Positions 1 through 11,137 are shown, numbered from the whole stretch's first letter. The stretch is DNA of 62,816 nucleotides, filler included, from Octopus bimaculoides (GCF_001194135.2; 8 parts of 6 records of this genome joined end to end with filler, not necessarily neighbours in it); one strand, 5' to 3'. The notes: a model not told the origin generated them from the letters alone. Numbers and translations are program-made.

Positions 1-56
<56 letters not shown>
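1..56. repeat. (TG)n microsatellite
   Basis: Pure TG dinucleotide run. Confidence 0.98.
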
Positions 57-59
<3 letters not shown>

Positions 60-980
60 AAATATATATATACATACTATGTATACACTCGCTACTATAA
101 TGCCTAATTGTTTTCGCTCGCAAATCTCTTGTCGATTCCACAGTGAATGTAGATAAAATTAAAACCGGTAAGAATGTGACCACTGGTGACATTTTCCAAT
201 TTTCTATGATTTTGTACATCTGTGTAAATCCTGTGAGAATAGCGAAGATACTAGGGCTGCATATAACGTTAAGGGAATGTGACGTTCTCTATGTCTGATT
301 GAGTTTTTAGGTTGCTTATATAGTCCTCTTCTCGAAGATGTTATTGTGTTGCGCGCAGCATTGGAATTTGATCTTAATTATTTTTGCCTGTTGTTCTACC
401 CCACACAAGAATGTCTCTCGTTTTAAAGAAAACTCCCTATCTATTTAGTTATTAACACGATTTAGTCAATCTACACCTGTCTAAGATATGTAAAAGCGCC
501 ACGTTTCAATTCAATATGTGTAATGACGATTAAACCCAAAAGTATGAACAAGAAATGCAGCAATGATTTGACTAAACAAAAGTTCAACGTTACTATGATC
601 GTAGTGCATCCTACGACTATACACAATAATTTCATTACTATCATAATCTTAATCATTTATAGTCTTATCATATTGGTCTTAATTCGTAGTCTAATCTTAT
701 CGGCCTTAATTTCTACTATACTCATACTCTGCTATAAAGTAGAATTGCATATATTGGAGACGCTTGTTGATAAAAAAAAATATTTGTTAAACTAGGGATA
801 CAATTATGACAATAGGGATATCATTTATCAGAAAAGTGATATATAAATAAGTTAAACTGACGGAAGTAACAGGAAGGCACTATAATGAAATTAGGTATAT
901 GGTCTCTTGTCAACAGGTAGGAGTGGAAGACTCTTAAATATGCTGGCTATTTTAATGTTTCGTATTGGATCTTATTTCAA

Positions 981-981
981 G

Positions 982-1018
<37 letters not shown>

Positions 1019-1130
1019 ATGTGTGTGTGTGTATGTGTGTGTGTGTGTGTGTCTGTGTATGTTTGTGTGTGTGTGTATGTGTGTATGTATGCGCACCTGT
1101 GCATGTGTGTGTGTGTGTATGTGTGTATAT
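981..1130. repeat. Compound (TA)n/(TG)n microsatellite
   Basis: Directly visible; explains the CVCV/HTHT ORFs at 907-1270. Confidence 0.95.
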
Positions 1131-2423
1131 ACAAACAAGTATATAATTTTTTTCTGTATATATGTATCTACATGGGTCAATGCAAGGAAGCCCTTTCTGA
1201 TGTTTTTTTGATCAAGCGCCGCTGCAAAGCAATCCACCACACGCGTTGCTAACTTTTCACATGGAATCAATTAGGTGAAATAGCGTTTGAAACAGAATGG
1301 AACTGAAGCAAATTGTGGCTCAAATTAAATCGTTATGTCTTAATACTTTTTACAGATTGGATGTCTAAAAGCCTTGCAAGTAAGAACGTCAGACAATAGT
1401 GAAGGCTGGGAGGCAAACGAATTTATATAAATTATCTCTGTGCTTTTGTCATTTCTAGGCTTCTCGAATGAAAAATGATCTTTGTTTTGCCGATCTATCA
1501 AAATTTTAGGGCCTATTAATCATCTTTGATTGGGTTCAGAGAAGTACTGTATGGTCGAAATATACAAGGACAATCTAGATTTTGGTTTGTCTTCATTCGT
1601 ACATTGCAAGATATAGAATTGCGTTGGATTTCTTAAAATGCTACCGAAGAAAGAGAATGAGATTCACAAGCTTTTGTTAGGCTCTACAATTTTGTACAGA
1701 ATGAAACTTTTTATCGGTTATTTGAGATATGTTCATTTTTCTTCATATTCAAAAATATATTTGCGTTGTCTGTATGTTTTCGACTGCGAAATATATAACA
1801 TTGAATATCTCTCAATACTAGAAACGACGAGATTCCAAGACAGTGTGTTGAAGTATACAAATATTCGGTATCAATTTTAATTTCCAGATAAAAGGAAGTT
1901 GTTTGTAAGAAACTGACTTCCATTATTAAGGAAATAAGAGAGCCAAATACCTCAGTGACTTATCAAGCTGCGTTCTTTGGGCCTGTATATGGTGGTGTCT
2001 GCAAATTGTTTGATATAAAGAAAAATAAATGTTTTGGCAGACAACCCAAAATCAGTGAAAAACATTTGAATTTAATATTATTGTAGAAGCAGTACCAAGC
2101 AATTTATTGCAAGCCTGCAAGCATATTGATATTATTATTTGATTTATGATTTCAGAAACACTGATTTGTAGTACCATGTGGGTGCAATAATCCGCCATTT
2201 TGTGCTTTTGGGCTGTTTTTGCGTCATTCTTCGTTATCAGTACTACTCTACACGATAGAAATAAAACAATTCGGTAGATCATTCACCAAATTTCTGTAAA
2301 GCTGGCCTCAACATGAGGGACTTTATGAACTGAGTTAAACAGCCATCCTGTGTTGAACTGAGATCAAATCATTATTGATTGCGCGTACCTCGTTCTTTTG
2401 TGCCTTTTATGCTATCATTTTAG

Positions 2424-2551
2424 ACATAAAGCCATTATGTTGATTGATAAAATATATTCGGACAATTACTTCGTTGTCTTATCACGGGAGTGGCAGAACA
2501 CGTTCGAAACGACGACTACTGTTCATGATAAATCTGAACTAGTCAATGAAG
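2424..2551 (+). CDS. Candidate internal exon of an unidentified host gene
   Basis: Acceptor ttttatgctatcattttag| and donor AAG|GTGAGT enclose a stop-free frame HKAIMLIDKIYSDNYFVVLSREWQNTFETTTTVHDKSELVNE. No homology recognised. Confidence 0.35.
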
Positions 2552-3494
2552 GTGAGTTGCACGTATCCACTTGATTTGTGAGAAATCACAGTCAAGTCAA
2601 GTTTATATCACATCTTACTGTCTTAAAAATGTTTGGACACATAGGTTAATGTATTCGAAAATGTGTAGACTGTATGCAAAACTGAGGAACGTTCACAGAT
2701 GGAATAGTTTTGATCACGTTGATCGTAGATCGGTTCGTTATTTGGTAGATTAAGTTAAAGCAGCTATTTAGTATGTTTGATCCGAATATGAAGATTTTCA
2801 ATCAACGAATCCGAAATGTCACCCGTTGTTATCCTCTTATCAGTCGGGGTGGATGGTCCATAGAAATTTCTACCTGATAATTATAAATGTTAAGTCCATA
2901 TGTTATGAAAATTAAACTGATTTAGTCAACTGTATTACCGTAACACTTTCCCGTACGTAAATCCCTCTAGAGGCAATTGATGATGTCTCTAGAAGGACAT
3001 TTTTTTATCAATTGTTGCCTGTTCGTACACACATACGTCATAAATACATACATAGATGTGTATACGTATGTATGCATGTTTCTCTGTGTGTAAACGGAGA
3101 ATATGTACTTAAATTTTGTTGTTAGAGTAGCTTCTACTCAAACAATACATACACTATGTGACAGGACGAGCACTAAATGACCCACATGGAATATCCTGCA
3201 TATTTTCTTTCTTAGGCATTAATAAAAACCAGTTACATGTTACCATCTACCGATACTCTAAGATTCGTGTTAATACGAGCAGTCAGAGGATATGTAGTTC
3301 TAACAAAATCAATGTTCCTTTATCTCTGATTCTCAACATCTTTTTTAATTGTTTTAACAACACCGTCCCCGACACCCATACACGTTGTCCAGACACATAA
3401 ACACCGCGTGAATCCTGCGTTATGCAATATCAGCAAATTTCATCTGATGAAAGGTAATTTTTGTAGCGGAGAACTTTCAGTCGCTACTGAAATT

Positions 3495-3570
3495 CTGACA
3501 AGCAACTCTGTGGTATTGAGCAGAATATTTGCTGTAGCCCATCATTTATACCAAGAAAAAAAACGAGGGC

Positions 3571-3572
<2 letters not shown>
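3495..3572 (-). mobile_element. Internally deleted 5' fragment of the TAA-bounded non-autonomous repeat (same family as 17880-18452)
   Basis: ctgacaagcaactctgtggtattgagcagaatatttgctgtagccc matches about 18292-18340; abuts (TTA)n. Confidence 0.75.
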
Positions 3573-3618
<46 letters not shown>

Positions 3619-4113
3619 GTTTTTTTCTTCTTTTCTAAAATATTCATCCATTTCTCGCCGAGTGTTTTCCGTACATCTAGGGCAGAGAGGCTCATTGTAT
3701 GCATTCCCAGTTTACACACAGACATTCACAGGTAAAATATGTAATTAAATAAATAAATAAATAAATAAATTCATGAATGGATGTTGTTTTCACAACGATA
3801 ATGCTCTTCTCAGTACATGAGTCGTTCCAGTTAACACGAGTTTTTGCACTTCCTGTGAGGATGGTAAGCCTGGTATCATTTTCAAATAGGGTTCAGTACC
3901 TTTTTTTAATCATTCCTAGAGATCCGACAATCACTGGTACGGTAGTCGCTTGAGGTGCCAGGTTTTTTCAATTTCTATTAGCAAATCTTTATATTTACTG
4001 ATCTTGTCAAATTCTTTCGCTGCTATATTGTGATCGCAAGGAATACTCATGTCAATTAATAAACCCATCTTCTTTGTTTGTACTTTTATAATAATATCCG
4101 GTTTATTAGCTTT
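3619..4113 (-). mobile_element. 5'-truncated R4/Dong-type non-LTR retrotransposon (RLE domain C-terminus plus 3' UTR)
   Basis: Minus strand reads KANKPDIIIK..LLIDMSIPCDHNIAAKEFDKISKYKDLLIEIEKTWHLK, then after frameshifts VPVIVGSLGMIKKG and EVQKLVLTGTTHVLRRALSL*. (TAA)n lies on both sides. Confidence 0.9.
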
Positions 4114-4134
4114 TTATTATTATTATTATTATTG

Positions 4135-4719
4135 TTCAGTAGTTTTATTTTTATAACGTGCTTTCACTTCACTACCGAGCGCAGCTCTGTGTTCCTTGGG
4201 TATGTGCTGTGGTTTGCTGTGATGCTCTTATAGTTACTGTATTGAAAGCGTTTTGCGTAGGATGTGTGCAGTGCCAAGTAGTGCAATTTTCTGTATGTTA
4301 TATATATTTGTAAGTCCTGGTGTTTTTGTAATGTATTCCTGTGAATATTTTTTTATTATACCTAAGGCACCTACTATGATAGGAATTGTTTCTGTTTTTA
4401 GATTCCACATTCGAGTTACCTCTATTTCCAGGTCTTTGTATTTTGAAAGTTTTTCCATTTCTTTTAGGGAAACGTTGTCATCTGCTGGTATTGATACACC
4501 AATTAGAAAGCATTTTGTTCTTCATGATCTTTGACAACTATATCTGGTCTATTGGCCTTAATGTCTCTATCTGTGTGTATTGGCATATCCCAGAGTATGG
4601 TTGCTTTCTCGTTTTCTGTGACCTTTTCTGGCGTGTGTTTATACCATTTATCTGGCGTGTGTTTATACCATTTTTCTGGCGTGTGTTTATACCATTTTTC
4701 TGGCGTGTGTTTATACCAT
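4135..4719 (-). mobile_element. 5'-truncated R4/Dong-type non-LTR retrotransposon, second subfamily
   Basis: WYKHTPEKVTENEKATILWDMPIHTDRDIKANRPDIVVKD...EKLSKYKDLEIEVTRMW...LLGTAHILRKTLSIQ*, then 3' UTR and (TAA)n tail. Confidence 0.93.
4624..4719. repeat. 4 x 24-bp tandem repeat TTTTCTGGCGTGTGTTTATACCAT at the LINE 5' junction
   Basis: Units at 4624, 4648, 4672 and 4696, with one substitution in unit 2. Confidence 0.97.
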
Positions 4720-4859
4720 AATAATAATAATAATAATAATAATAATTATTATTATTATTATTATTAATTTAATAATTTAAAAAGGATTGACATCACTCTC
4801 CACAAAGGTAAACAGTCAAGACGAAGAGCGCGATTTGTTTGCAATAAATATTTTATTGG

Positions 4860-4902
4860 TTGAACGATATTTCGACAGTAAGTCTGTCTTTGTCAAGTTC
4901 AA
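4860..4902 (-). ncRNA. Minimal type I hammerhead ribozyme fold with U3:A8 variant core (Penelope-LTR-like)
   Basis: Minus strand TTGAAC-TTGACAA-A-GACAG-ACTTA-CTGTC-GAAA-TA-TC-GTTCAA. Stem I is 6 bp, stem II 5 bp, helix III loop-less and palindromic, with an AUC site and AATAAA 2 nt downstream. Confidence 0.7.
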
Positions 4903-5415
4903 AATAAGAAGTGATAAAAATTCAAAATTATAGAAATTATATTTAAAGTATGAACGAGAGCAAATAACGTCCATACGTTAATGGAATGACTTCATCAGTC
5001 TTTAAGTTTCAATTTTATAATAGGTGAAATGAAAAAGATAGAAAAAAAACAGAAACAAAAACAGAAAAAGGAAGACAACGGAAAAAAAGGAAAGAAAGAG
5101 AGAGAAAGAAGAATATTTAATCAAAACAGTTTTGTATAAATTTGATGATATTATCCTGTCATTTTATTCATTCTTCCACGGCTTGATTTTAATAACCCGC
5201 AAACATATTTCTCCTCATGCATTCTCAGAAGTGAAAGTGAAGCAAATTCAGAATATTTTCTAATATGCACTTTCAAGTCTTTTTCAAAATTTGCAGCTGT
5301 TCGAAACGAAAGGTTCAGCAAGTTCTGTCGAACTACTGTTTTTGGGCCTGACGTTGAATCCGTGCCCATTAGACCTTTTATTTAATTGTTCTCTTGTACA
5401 ACCAACATAAATCAT

Positions 5416-6490
5416 GGGCAACAAAAATAATACACTTTCTGTATATTTTTTAAAATCAGAAGAAACCATTTCTATATGTTCGAACACTAAGATAGATAAA
5501 TTACTTAATTAATAATTCCACTCACCATGCTTAGGGCAGCCCGGGACAATAGCAAAAGACACTTGCCCAAGGTGTCACAATAAAAACAGGTGATGAAGCG
5601 CGTAATAGGAGCCAAGGACAAGAATGAAATACACGTGATAGATCAAAGCGAAACCACTGCATGGCCAATTTTAGAGATCCACCGAAGTCGTATGGGGCAC
5701 AAAATCCTAGGCTTGGTTAAAAGCAGGGCCAATAAAAAAAGTAAACAGGGAGCCTAAGATCAAGCGATAAAAGTAAGCAACTTGAGAAAAAATATATATG
5801 AAAAGAGTGTGTCAGAAAAATGTCGAGCCTGTGGAAATTGGAACGAGACAGTGGCACACATTCTGGAAGAATGTCCGAGTTGGCACAAGAAGAATATAAG
5901 AAATGGAGACACAACCTGGTTATTGAAGTTGTACACTGGAAACTGTGCTAGAAAAAATGGGGATTTGAAGCCTGGAAACACATGGTGCAATCATCGAGTC
6001 GAAAGAATACTGGAGTCGGAGAAATGTATGATTCTATGGGACTTTCTCATTCAAACAGACAAGAAATTAGAAAATAATAGACCAGATATCACAATTATAG
6101 ATAAAGAAAAGTGAAGTTGCTTACTAATCGATCCATCATGCCCGTTTGATTCTAGGATTGTAAAGAAAGATGAAGAAAAACAAAAAAATATATATATAAT
6201 CCCTTAAAATTTGAAACAAGACAAATTTGGAGCATGAGAATAGTAAAGTTTGTGACTATAATACTTGGTGCTTTGGGAACAGTAAGCCGATATATAGACA
6301 AATGGCTGAAGGAGATTGAAATAGAATGCTCGGTAGAGCTCCTACCGAGCATTCTATTTCAATCTGCCATAAGCATGGTGAGTGGAATTATTAATTATGT
6401 AATTTATCTATCTTAGCGTTCGAACATATAGAAATGGTTTCTTCTGATTTAAAAAAAAAAAATACAGAAAGTGTATTATTTTTGTTGCCC
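5416..6490. mobile_element. Non-autonomous TIR element (about 125-bp inverted repeats) enclosing SINE and LINE fragments
   Basis: 5416-5539 is the near-perfect reverse complement of 6364-6490. The 9-bp flanks ataaatcat and ataaataac match at 7/9. Confidence 0.8.
5590..6345 (+). mobile_element. Internal fragment of R4/Dong-type LINE (Zn knuckle plus RLE) with frameshifts
   Basis: KPLHGQF...KCRACGNWNETVAHILEEC...ILWDFLIQTDKKLENNRPDITIIDKEK...IILGALGTVSRYIDKWLKEI. Lacks the terminal LLGTA.ILR motif and tail. Confidence 0.9.
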
Positions 6491-8873
6491 ATAAATAACA
6501 ATACCAACCAGCGCTCTTATATGACATTACAATGGCAAACATCTAATTTTGTCGTGGAGTTACAATTTCCTCGGTTTTTACCATACCGAATATACTTTGA
6601 AAGTTATATATATTGCATTTAATTCTAGACCTAGACAAATGTTTGAATCTAACTTTAAATATGCTTTCGGTCAACCCACTATAACATACTTTCTGTATGA
6701 GCAACCAATTATGCCCTGTATAATTATCTAATCTTTCAAATGTTTCTCATTCCTAATACACACATGCACACACACAAACAAACGCACAAACGGAGACAAA
6801 CAAATACTCCACTCACTTAAAGATGTCTTTTTTTATTATTAAATTTGTATTCTGTCTGTCTGTATTTTTTTATTGAATATTTATTGCGTGTTCAAGTATA
6901 TAGGTGTCAGTTTCTACGTGTGTATGCACGCGCATGCCTATGAGCACGTGATTATATGTTTGTGTTATCAGGTTTCCAGTTTTCATTTTAACAATATATT
7001 TTCAACCTTATCACGATGTTTGCCGCCTATTCTACTGAAATGTCTGCTACTGATTTTCGGTGGTGTTAAAAAAAGAAAAAAACTGTGTTCTGCAGTTACC
7101 TGTTGATCAACACTGTGTATCTGACTTTTTTTGGCATTCAATATAATTTAAATTGATTGATGCTTACAGAAAGCATCGCCCTATTTATTTTATTATGAAT
7201 ATCAATTTTTCTATAATATTTGCTCCTCAGAATTATTTTTTTGTATTTTTGGTGGAAAAAAAAATGTTGATAGCTCTGGTTACATTTTTACTTGCTGGTA
7301 ATTGTTGTTTTTAGANNNNNNNNNNNNNNNNNNNNNNNNNNNNNNNNNNNNNNNNNNNNNNNNNNNNNNNNNNNNNNNNNNNNNNNNNNNNNNNNNNNNN
7401 NNNNNNNNNNNNNNNNNNNNNNNNNNNNNNNNNNNNNNNNNNNNNNNNNNNNNNNNNNNNNNNNNNNNNNNNNNNNNNNNNNNNNNNNNNNNNNNNNNNN
7501 NNNNNNNNNNNNNNNNNNNNNNNNNNNNNNNNNNNNNNNNNNNNNNNNNNNNNNNNNNNNNNNNNNNNNNNNNNNNNNNNNNNNNNNNNNNNNNNNNNNN
7601 NNNNNNNNNNNNNNNNNNNNNNNNNNNNNNNNNNNNNNNNNNNNNNNNTATATATATATATATATATATGCACATAGAAAGAGAGAGAGGGGAAGAGAGA
7701 GAAAAAGGTGCAGAGAAGGATAGAGGAAAAGATAGAGGAGAAAGAGAGAGAGAGATATAGAGAGAGGGGAGAGAGATTTTTCAATATAAACACTCCGTCT
7801 ATGATATTTTATCATTTGATCACGGAAGCACAATGCCTGGCGTGAAACGAAAAGACAAATATACAACCGCACTTACAGTCACCGATTCTTGCATATACAC
7901 ACACTCTCACACACCCGTGCACACACTCACACATACTGGCTGAGTGATAAGCAAACTCACTCAACAAACAGAAAATCACATTCATCCATACACACAATAC
8001 ACACACACACACACACACACACAGAGATGTATATGTGCTAAGAGACACGGTATGAAAAACTGTGTCTGCATCACTTTGTATATGATTTTATGCTAAAACA
8101 TCTAAAGGAGTATATATTTTTTATATGTACTTCTAAAGCACATTTATGCTCAAACACTTCACACATACACTCACAAGCACATACACACATACGTGTGTGA
8201 GTGTGAGTGTGTGTTTGTGATTAGATATATAGAAATATTTATGTATGTGCGTATACGCATTTATATATATATATATATATNNNNNNNNNNNNNNNNNNNN
8301 NNNNNNNNNNNNNNNNNNNNNNNNNNNNNNNNNNNNNNNNNNNNNNNNNNNNNNNNNNNNNNNNNNNNNNNNNNNNNNNNNNNNNNNNNNNNNNNNNNNN
8401 NNNNNNNNNNNNNNNNNNNNNNNNNNNNNNNNNNNNNNNNNNNNNNNNNNNNNNNNNNNNNNNNNNNNNNNNNNNNNNNNNNNNNNNNNNNNNNNNNNNN
8501 NNNNNNNNNNNNNNNNNNNNNNNNNNNNNNNNNNNNNNNNNNNNNNNNNNNNNNNNNNNATGTTCGTGTGTACTTATTTGAAGAATGAACATTAAAAAAA
8601 AATGCAGTTAAAAATTTCAGAGGAAAAAAAATATATATATGTAACAACTAACAGCTAACAGTTTTAAAACTTCACAGTATAAACATAAAATAAAAGAATT
8701 ATAACATATGCAAAACAAGTGAAAATATTATTGAAGAAGTAAAAGAGACTGTGATGCACTCATCATTTGTTTCCAAAGCTTTAGGCTATATTCAACAGAG
8801 ACGTGTTAACTTACGTCATTTATTTGTGTTGCTGACATCGCTCGCTGTTCGCTGTTATTTGTTTTTGCTCTTT

Positions 8874-8916
<43 letters not shown>

Positions 8917-9048
8917 TTTCCCTTCTCTATGACTGTAGCATTTTTCGCGCCTGTGTCATCATTCCAAATTCAGAGAAACTTTAAACAATATACTATCACC
9001 GCACTCACGATAGTCATCACCTAGAATTTCTATTAATAATGATGATTG

Positions 9049-9262
9049 TTTACAAATCTGGCAAACCCCAAAATTTTCTAGGAATAGGGTTGATTCAATT
9101 ACATCGACCCCAGTGCTTGTCGGATACTTTATTTGATCCACTCGAAAGGATAAAAAGCAAAAATCGACGTCGGTAGAATTCAGACTCAGAAATTAAATGG
9201 CCAGACCAAATGTAGTAAAGCAGGTTCTCGCCGTGCTACCGAGAGTATTCCCTCGAGGCCGC
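9049..9262 (-). mobile_element. Decayed tRNA-derived SINE (GGTCGACTTTGCCTTTCATCC family)
   Basis: Recognisable similarity to the copy at 9440-9674. Confidence 0.6.
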
Positions 9263-9439
9263 TTCCGCCGTTTATTCTTTCAGTGTCAATACAATAAGTA
9301 CCAGTTGAGCACTGGGATCGATGTATTCGTCATAACCTACCCCCACAAGCATTGTACCAAAATTTGAAACCAATAATTAAATGACATTCGAAGACAAAAA
9401 ATATTCGTAAGTGCGCACAAACCTCATCTCTCACTATTT

Positions 9440-9674
9440 TTCTTATTTCTTTATTGCCCACAAGGGGCTAAACATAGAGGGGACAAATAAGGACAAAGGG
9501 TTTAATTCGATTACATCGACCCCAGTGCGTAACTGGTAATTAATTTATCGACCCCGAAAGGATGAAATGCAAAATCGACCTCGGCGGAATTTGAACTCAG
9601 AACGTAACGGCACACGAAATACCACTAAGCATTTCGCCCGGCCTGCTAACGTTTCTGCCAGCTCGTCGCCTTCG
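9440..9674 (-). mobile_element. Full-length tRNA-derived SINE with 18-bp target-site duplication
   Basis: Head AGGCGACGAGCTGGCAGAAACGTTAGC, B-box-like GAGTTCAAATTCC. TSD cctcatctctcactattt at 9422-9439 and 9675-9692. Confidence 0.92.
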
Positions 9675-9731
9675 CCTCATCTCTCACTATTTGTCTACCG
9701 AGTATCAATATAAAATTTTTCGCTATAACAG

Positions 9732-9834
9732 GGAAGTACCACCCACCGTGAGTGGCTCTTGGAAGAAAACACTGCTCTAAGAAAACAAAAAGAAATACCG
9801 GTTGAGCTTTTGCAGCAGATTTGCCTTTCGTCTG
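9732..9834 (+). CDS. Candidate internal exon
   Basis: Acceptor tttttcgctataacag|, open frame GSTTHREWLLEENTALRKQKEIPVELLQQICLSS, weak donor TG|GTACAC. Confidence 0.25.
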
Positions 9835-9999
9835 GTACACGTACATTCAAGATAATACACGTATAATAAACTGTTCTGGCGACATAACTTAAAGTAGTCA
9901 CACAAAGATGCATACAATAATGCAATACAATCTGTTATTAATTTTCTTTTGCATGATTTATGTCTCACGATTCATGATGATTATATCATATACCATGTC

Positions 10000-10101
10000 A
10001 AAGGGATGAAAAGCCAAGCTAACACCAGCAGAATTTGCAATCCGAAGAAAGACTGATAAACATTTCACCTGGCGCGTCGCAATTCTACCATATCGCTGCC
10101 T
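10000..10101 (-). mobile_element. Decayed SINE 5' fragment
   Basis: Degenerate match to the head of the 9440-9674 family. Confidence 0.5.
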
Positions 10102-10297
10102 TCACAGATATTAAAAAATAAGTTTCAAAATAATAAACATAAAAGATGAATATCTGTAATACAATAATGGACTACAGAGAGAATTGTAAACCATTTTGTA
10201 ACCTGCAATATTTCACTTTGCGCCAATTCACTGACATAGTCTTATGATTGAGAAGTTCCTTAAACAACTTTCTTTTGTATATCTTTTGTGTTTGTAG

Positions 10298-10380
10298 CAT
10301 CTGGCCCGTTTTTATTGACATATCCTCGGATCAATGAAATTAATCGCGTCTATGTGAATCGTCTCCACCACAATGGATGT
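10298..10380 (+). CDS. Candidate internal exon (3' boundary uncertain)
   Basis: Strong acceptor cttttgtatatcttttgtgtttgtag|. Only the phase-1 frame is open (SGPFLLTYPRINEINRVYVNRLHHNGC) and it is phase-compatible with 9732-9834. Confidence 0.25.
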
Positions 10381-10904
10381 GTAATCAGTGCTTTAATGAA
10401 GGGTGTACTTGTGTCTAGTAAATGTTTATCGGACTACACACCTATTTTTATAAACCCTAGAATGATTAAAAAATACAGTTGACTTTTGGATTTGAGCTCA
10501 GACAATTAAAAAGCTAAATATTGGCAGATCCTTACAATTTTGATTATTCACAATTTTGGTTATTCACTGCTTCCTGATGAACTAAATATTGAATACCAAC
10601 AGCCCCAAGTTTATGTTAAAATTCGCAGTATAGGTCTGGACTAGATTGCTGTTATGGAGAAGCATATTTTGTGAATCAGTTGCCAACCTGTTTTGAAACA
10701 TATCATCAATGGACGAACTTAAAGAGCAGTTGACTTGCTAGATGTAACAAGAAATATCCTTCAAAATCGAGCTGTGTTCCCCTTGAAAACTTAGAGTTAC
10801 GTTGCACGAACTGGTCCCCAAGAATATAAATGGAGTGGAACAGTTTTGAGTATTAATTTGCTGCAGCAGAGCTGACTCTGGGCTAGACGTCATTATCTAT
10901 CATT

Positions 10905-10938
10905 CTATCTATCTATCTATCTATCTATCCATCTATCC

Positions 10939-10971
<33 letters not shown>

Positions 10972-11137
10972 GCTAGCTAGCTAGCTAGCTGTCTGTCTGT
11001 CTGTCTGTCTATCTGTCTGTCTGTCTGACTGTCTGTCTGATTGTCTGTCTGACTGTCTGTGTCTCTCTGTCTACCTGTCTGCCTGTCTGCTTGTTTGCCT
11101 GCCTGCCTGTCTGTCTGTTTGTAAGTCTGTTTGTCTG
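10905..11137. repeat. Compound (TCTA)n-(CTAG)n-(TCTG)n microsatellite
   Basis: Directly visible. Confidence 0.95.

Noticed and set aside
120-440. Possible CR1/L2 RT remnant on the minus strand (MYKII-like words)
   Set aside because: No continuous motif could be read in any frame.
3444-3492. CTGATGA...GTAGCG/CGCTAC...GAAA half-hammerhead
   Set aside because: No helix III or stem I partner, because the downstream part is replaced by another repeat; stem II does not abut the core.
4624-4719. 24-bp repeats as a CRISPR-like array
   Set aside because: There are no spacers; the units are contiguous and derive from LINE coding sequence.
5151-5369. 72-aa minus-strand ORF (MGTDSTSGPK...)
   Set aside because: No recognisable motif or convincing splice signals; the length is within chance expectation.
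9798-9831. IPVELLQQICL as an F-box motif
   Set aside because: Only the first helix pattern matches; the rest of the F-box consensus is absent.
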